Assembly: GCF_001194135.2 (NCBI RefSeq)
Contig: NC_068990.1
Coordinates: 79,606,024-79,670,023, forward strand
Direction of reading: 5' to 3'
Source of the DNA: Octopus bimaculoides
Lineage: Eukaryota
Length of the DNA stretch: 64,000 nucleotides
The position numbers and the translations under genes were made by a program. Below are positions 62,649-64,000 of this stretch, piece by piece. Under the pieces are notes generated by a model. That model was not told the origin of the DNA. It searched no databases and saw only the letters and a program-made list of their open reading frames with translations. Position 1 is the stretch's first letter. Each line of letters starts with the position of its first letter.

Positions 62649-63167
62649 ACCACATTTTACGTTTAGTTTTCTCCTGATTGTTGAATGCGATAGACTTATT
62701 TCGAGTTTAACCTTTTTGTTTTTCGCTTTGATAGTTTTAAAAATTGTCTTCACGTTTTCCATTATGTGCAAATTTTCTAGTTTCTACGTACATGGTTTGA
62801 ATTCTCGTAGATTTAAAAATTGCCTTTTGTTTCACGAATTTTTTACTTTTCAGCAATTGGACATATTCAAGTGACGGCATCTTTGTATTAAAATGTTTTG
62901 GTTAATGATTTGCTTAAATTTGAACATGAGCTTTTGCTTATGCTGCGGCCAGCTTATTTGTCTTCTGATATTGTTAGATGGAAGGGCGTTAGACTTCGCT
63001 ACGATTTTGTAGCTGGTGATTGACTGTATAGAAATTTATGACTACAAATACGAGGATTTCCTGAGATGACGGTCCGATTCATATTTTCTGCCAATATCTA
63101 ACGGTTCAGTTATGCGTAATTCGTATTCAAATTTCAAGAGATAACCTTTCATCCCAGTAATGAGGCG

Positions 63168-63338
63168 GGTACTACTAAAGCAGCACGGTCCCGAACGCGC
63201 TAGCTAGTCGTGAGTGGTGGATCCTAACCCTAAACACGTATTCAATTTGCACACGCGGGTTAGGGTTAGGATCGACCGCTCAAGACTAGCTAGCGTGGAC
63301 GCGCGACTGCGCGTTCGGGTCCGTGCTGCTTTAGTACC
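63168..63338. mobile_element. 171-bp palindromic MITE with GG termini, 8-bp TSD and TAACCC/GGGTTA core
   Basis: TIR GGTACT(ACT)AAAGCAGCACGG(T/A)CCCGAACGCGC; TSD ATGAGGCG (63160-67 and 63339-46); inner arms CTAGCTAGTC...GATCCTAACCC / GGGTTAGGATC...GACTAGCTAG. Confidence 0.92.
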
Positions 63339-64000
63339 ATGAGGCGTTTCAACCGTCTATGCTTTTTTTACCAAAAAGCGAGTATGAATCTAAGATCAAC
63401 AGTTCTCAAACTAACAAAAGCCAGCGGTGGAATTCTGGTCAAGTACATCATTATAGCCTCTCGTAACTATTTTTTTTTGAATTTTTAAAGAAAATTTTTG
63501 CGAATGTGTTCTACACACGAAAATTCATATTATGTAAACCACTCAAAAAACCCCAAAAAAAACGGTGATTTAAAGGCTATGTAGCTGTTATTTTTAAGCA
63601 CACATCTCGACCATCTCTCACACCCACCTTATTTATCAGTTTGACGTATTGTGTACTTTTAAACCAGAATTTCGCCAAATCAGCCACAATTTTTTTTTCT
63701 TTCTTCCCCTTTTCAATCTTCACTGCCTCATTCCTTGCTTTCCCCTTTTTACTAGAAATACTGTCGTAGGCACCCAGTGAATTTTCGGAAAAAGCACACC
63801 ATTTGACATAATTTTTTTGAGCATGAAATCTTTTCAGGCGCAAGTAAAGAATACGGACACCCGGTGTTTAGGGTTTTTGTTACGCCGAAAAGGGGTGGTG
63901 TACGTATTGTTTAATCTAGATACAAGGCCCGAAACTTTTGAAGAGGGGGTCAGTCGATTAGATCGACATCAGTACGCAACTGATACTTAATTCATCGGCC

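Noticed and set aside
57560-64000. Histone H1 or a second histone unit
   Set aside because: No H1-like lysine/alanine-rich ORF is seen; the 382-nt gap is too small for a full H1 unless mis-sized.

Overview
Repeat-rich, AT-rich animal genomic DNA with four assembly gaps. It is most likely an octopus (coleoid cephalopod), inferred from the effector-less single-exon C2H2 arrays, the SINE types and the microsatellite load. Supported intact genes: a divergent CD225/dispanin-like membrane protein (minus, 19.2-19.7 kb), two convergent tandem C2H2 zinc-finger genes (12 and 15 fingers), histones H3 and H2A, and an open DD37D (maT) Tc1/mariner transposase. H4 and H2B are pseudogenes, so the histone quartet is half dead; the transposon sits in the probable H4 TATA box. 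The rest is SINEs, LINE/Penelope fragments, MITEs and a solo LTR. Most notable: (1) a tRNA-headed short retroelement carrying a Penelope-type minimal hammerhead ribozyme, twice found as head-to-head pairs; (2) three different fold-back elements with GG termini, 8-9 bp target duplications and internal TTAGGG/CCCTAA repeats; (3) a 6 kb same-strand train of SINEs joined by (AAT)n. No prokaryotic features, CRISPR, rRNA or genuine tRNA genes were seen. All alignments were done by eye; novelty relative to repeat databases could not be checked.
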